64,000 nucleotides of DNA, from contig CANGXP010000004.1 of NCBI GenBank assembly GCA_947457935.1, forward strand, positions 5,617-69,616, read 5' to 3'. A program made the position numbers and the translations under genes. Positions 61,303 through 64,000 of the stretch are shown piece after piece. This DNA is from Alphaproteobacteria bacterium. Its GTDB lineage: Bacteria; Pseudomonadota; Alphaproteobacteria; JAJTHO01; CANGXP01. Position 1 is the stretch's first letter, and every line of letters begins with the position of its first letter. The notes below the pieces were generated by a model. It was not told where the DNA came from. It did not search any database and saw only the letters and a program-made list of their open reading frames with translations.

Positions 61303-63285
61303 CTATCCCCGAAAATGCTCGTAAATCTTCCGCGCGATCGCTTTGCTAATCCCGCGCACATTTTCTAAATCCTGTAGTGCTGCGCCCTTCACTGCCTTTG
61401 CTGAACCAAAATGCTGCAGTAACGCCTTTTTACGCGCTGCCCCAATTCCTGTCACTTCATCCAACGTATTCTGCGTAATCGCTTTGCTCCGTTTTGCTCG
61501 ATGGGTGGTAATGGCAAACCTGTGTACTTCATCGCGGAGGCGTTGCAGATAAAACAATACAGGGTCATTCGGCGGCAATGTATAGGGTTGCTTATTGGGC
61601 AGGAAAAACCGCTCGCGTCCTGCATTTCTATCAACGCCTTTCGCAATCCCCACCAGAGGAATATGCGCTAATCCCAATTCCGCCATTACTGCCATCACGG
61701 TGGAGAGCTGCCCCGCGCCGCCATCAATCAGCACCAGATCAGGTAAGGCGGGAGGCGGCAGGTGGGGGGCAAAAGTGGCAGCACCGTCCTCTCGCCCATC
61801 GCCTCCTACCTCTCGTCTATTCTGAACCGTATTTTCTTTCAGTGCCCGCGAAAAACGACGGGTGAAGACTTCCCGCATCATGCCATAGTCATCGCCGCCT
61901 TTGAAGGCGGGAGGCGGGAGTAGGGGGGCGGGAGTAGTAAGATTTTCCTCTCGCCTCTCGCCCATCGCCTCCTGCCTATTTTGAATGGTAAACTTACGAT
62001 AGGCGTTCTTGATGAATCCCTCTCTGCCCGCCACAATCATCGCGCCAACGGCAAATTGCCCCTGAATGTGGCTGTTATCATACACCTCAATCCGTTCGGG
62101 GATTTTGTCTAACCCGAATAATTTTTGCACTGCCGCAAGATTTTTTTCTGTTGAGGCAGATTCCACCAACTTCCGCGTCAATGCCTCTTGCGCATTTTTG
62201 AAGGCATGGTCTACCACCGCTTTTTTCGCGCCCCGTTGTGGCGTTTCTAGCACCACTGTATGCCCTGTTTTTTGCGAGAATGCCTCTTCTAACAGTTCCT
62301 TCGCTGCTATCTCCACATTGAGCAAAATAGCGGTAGGGCAGGGGGCTTCTGTATAGAATTGCGACAGAAAACTCTCCACAATTTCATTGAGCGGCGTTTC
62401 ACTGTCATGGTCAAGATAATAGGCTTTATTCCCATAATTCCGCCCACCGCGAAAGAAAAACACCTGCACACAGGTTTTGCTGGCTTGCGAGTGCGCTGCC
62501 ACCACATCCACCTCCTCCAACATGGCGATGTTCACATCTTGCTTGGCTTGAATGTGGCTTAATGCCTTGATTCTATCGCGATACAGCGCGGCGCGTTCAT
62601 ATTCTTGCGCCTCGCTTGCCTCGTTCATTTTGGTGGCAAGTTCCTCTTGCAACTGCCCACCCTTGCCCTCAAGGAAGCTCTTGGCTTGTTTGACGAGAGT
62701 TGCATAATCGGCTTGGGTAATTTTCTCCACACACGGCGCAGAACAGCGTTTAATTTGATATTGCAGGCAGGGGCGAGTACGGGCGTTGAAGTAACTGTCC
62801 GAGCACGGGCGCAACAAAAAGGTTTTTTGCAGGGCATCGAGGGTTGCATACACCGCTTGCACCGCCGCAAACGGTCCAAAATAATGCCCTTCTCGTGTTT
62901 TTTTGCCCCGATGTTTCAGAATTTGCGGAAATTTGTGGTCGGTCGCAATCAGAATATAGGGGAAGGCTTTGTCGTCCTTCAGCAACACGTTATAGCGCGG
63001 CTTGAGGTCTTTAATCAGGTTGCTTTCCAAGAGCAACGCCTCGTGTTCCGTGTGGGTGGTGATAAACTCCATCGCCACCGTTTCGGCAATCATCCGCTGA
63101 ATGCGATTGGTGAGGGCTTCAGGGCGTGTATAACTTACAACCCGTTTTTTGAGAGCCTTTGCCTTGCCCACATACAACACCTCGCCCGCTGCATTGAGCA
63201 TGCGATAGACCCCCGCTTGGTCACCCAGCGTTTTCAGGTAGTTTTGAATGGTGGCAACGCCACGATGAAGGGAGGAGGGGGGCAT
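61303..63285 (-). CDS. uvrC: Excinuclease ABC subunit C, with two repeat-derived insertions
   Basis: GVYRM, YVGKAK, C..Y.IKRC.APC, DNSH, IDGG.GQ, RDE.HRFA, HhH. Confidence 0.98.
   Translation of the reverse strand: MPPSSLHRGVATIQNYLKTLGDQAGVYRMLNAAGEVLYVGKAKALKKRVVSYTRPEALTNRIQRMIAETVAMEFITTHTEHEALLLESNLIKDLKPRYNVLLKDDKAFPYILIATDHKFPQILKHRGKKTREGHYFGPFAAVQAVYATLDALQKTFLLRPCSDSYFNARTRPCLQYQIKRCSAPCVEKITQADYATLVKQAKSFLEGKGGQLQEELATKMNEASEAQEYERAALYRDRIKALSHIQAKQDVNIAMLEEVDVVAAHSQASKTCVQVFFFRGGRNYGNKAYYLDHDSETPLNEIVESFLSQFYTEAPCPTAILLNVEIAAKELLEEAFSQKTGHTVVLETPQRGAKKAVVDHAFKNAQEALTRKLVESASTEKNLAAVQKLFGLDKIPERIEVYDNSHIQGQFAVGAMIVAGREGFIKNAYRKFTIQNRQEAMGERREENLTTPAPLLPPPAFKGGDDYGMMREVFTRRFSRALKENTVQNRREVGGDGREDGAATFAPHLPPPALPDLVLIDGGAGQLSTVMAVMAELGLAHIPLVGIAKGVDRNAGRERFFLPNKQPYTLPPNDPVLFYLQRLRDEVHRFAITTHRAKRSKAITQNTLDEVTGIGAARKKALLQHFGSAKAVKGAALQDLENVRGISKAIARKIYEHFRG
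61746..61818. repeat. Heptamer-tandem hairpin in frame in uvrC (copy 2)
   Basis: aggcggg aggcggc aggtggg ... cctctcg cccatcg cctccta cctctcg. Confidence 0.8.
61905..61977. repeat. Heptamer-tandem hairpin in frame in uvrC (copy 1)
   Basis: aggcggg aggcggg agtaggg gggcggg ... cctctcg cctctcg cccatcg cctcctg. Confidence 0.82.
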
Positions 63286-63294
63286 GAAGCGTGG

Positions 63295-63564
63295 TTAATC
63301 AAAGAGATCTGTATGCGTGCCCGTACCAACCAATACCAAATCATTTTCCTCTAAACGATACACTAACAGCCAATCTGGTTCAATATGGCATTCTCTACAT
63401 CCAATCCAATATCCTTTTAAGGCATGATCTTTTTGCGCTAAAGACAGGATTTTGCCTTGTTGGAGGCTTTCGATAATCTCCGTGAGTTTTTCTATTTTCT
63501 TCCCCCGTTTGACTGATTTTTTTAGATCTTTACGAAATTGCCCTGTGGTTCTAACGCGACGCAT
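63295..63564 (-). CDS. yafQ: YafQ-family mRNA interferase toxin
   Basis: FRKDLKK, DHALKG.W...RECHIEPDWLLVY, TGTH.DLF. Confidence 0.93.
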   Translation of the reverse strand: MRRVRTTGQFRKDLKKSVKRGKKIEKLTEIIESLQQGKILSLAQKDHALKGYWIGCRECHIEPDWLLVYRLEENDLVLVGTGTHTDLFD

Positions 63565-63827
63565 TATCCTTTTATCCCTAATTCTGCATATACCTCTTGA
63601 ATGGTATTGTATGTTGGCAAATCGGTATAATTATCCGCTTCTTGTAAGGCAGCACGCCTCTTTTTGCTCGGCAATTTCACTTCAAACGGTACGCCCTGAT
63701 GATACAACGATTGCCGCAACAACATGGTGATAACATCACTCATTTTTAGACCCAACTGCTTGTATAATAATTCTGCTTGCGCTTTAAGATCTGCATCAAC
63801 ACGCACATTGATTTGAGTTTTTGACAT
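63564..63827 (-). CDS. dinJ: DinJ/RelB antitoxin
   Basis: INVRVD..LK.QAE.....LGL.MS, GVPFEV; start ATG 63827. Confidence 0.88.
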   Translation of the reverse strand: MSKTQINVRVDADLKAQAELLYKQLGLKMSDVITMLLRQSLYHQGVPFEVKLPSKKRRAALQEADNYTDLPTYNTIQEVYAELGIKG

Positions 63828-63902
63828 TTCCCTATTCCTTTGCACTTTACCGTACAATGTATAGCATTTTTCTATAAAAGTCAAGATTTACCAAGCAGCG
63901 GA

Positions 63903-63970
63903 TTTTCGGTTTTAGGTTCTCGGTTTTGGCAAGTTCGTCCTTAAAACCTAACACCGAAAACCCGAAACCT
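63903..63970. repeat. Heptamer-tandem hairpin (CGGTTTT/AAAACCG type)
   Basis: ttttcgg ttttagg ttctcgg ttttgg ... aaaacct aacaccg aaaaccc gaaacct. Confidence 0.75.
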
Positions 63971-64000
63971 ATCTCCCCCCTTACTGATGCAACTGCACCA

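Overview
Chromosomal core-genome window from an alphaproteobacterium, judged from the gene blocks ppiD-tpiA-secG-pyrG-kdsA-eno, ntrYX-dat-hfq-hflX, glmUS, pyrBC and plsY-dprA-topA, plus a perfect parS site and a CtrA-type box. Accessory material includes a Wzx/Wzy polysaccharide locus with a degenerate Wzc, an HlyB/HlyD type I secretion pair with no visible substrate, four intact toxin-antitoxin-type modules plus one decayed one, and several orphan genes. The most striking signal is a dense population (about 18 copies) of small non-autonomous palindromic elements in three classes: (A) heptamer-tandem hairpins, (B) 125-150 bp Rickettsia-palindromic-element (RPE)-like units sharing a covarying central stem-loop, and (C) REP-like doublets. 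Four copies sit in frame inside housekeeping genes (carB, pyrC, twice in uvrC) and add new peptide loops, and one element is a class B/class C hybrid. Also seen: a duplicated TA promoter/operator, a diverged duplicate of the topA 3' end behind an orphan gene, and a probable ~9 kb inversion. No rRNA, tRNA, CRISPR array, transposase or integrase was recognised. All product calls come from motif recognition by eye, not database searches.
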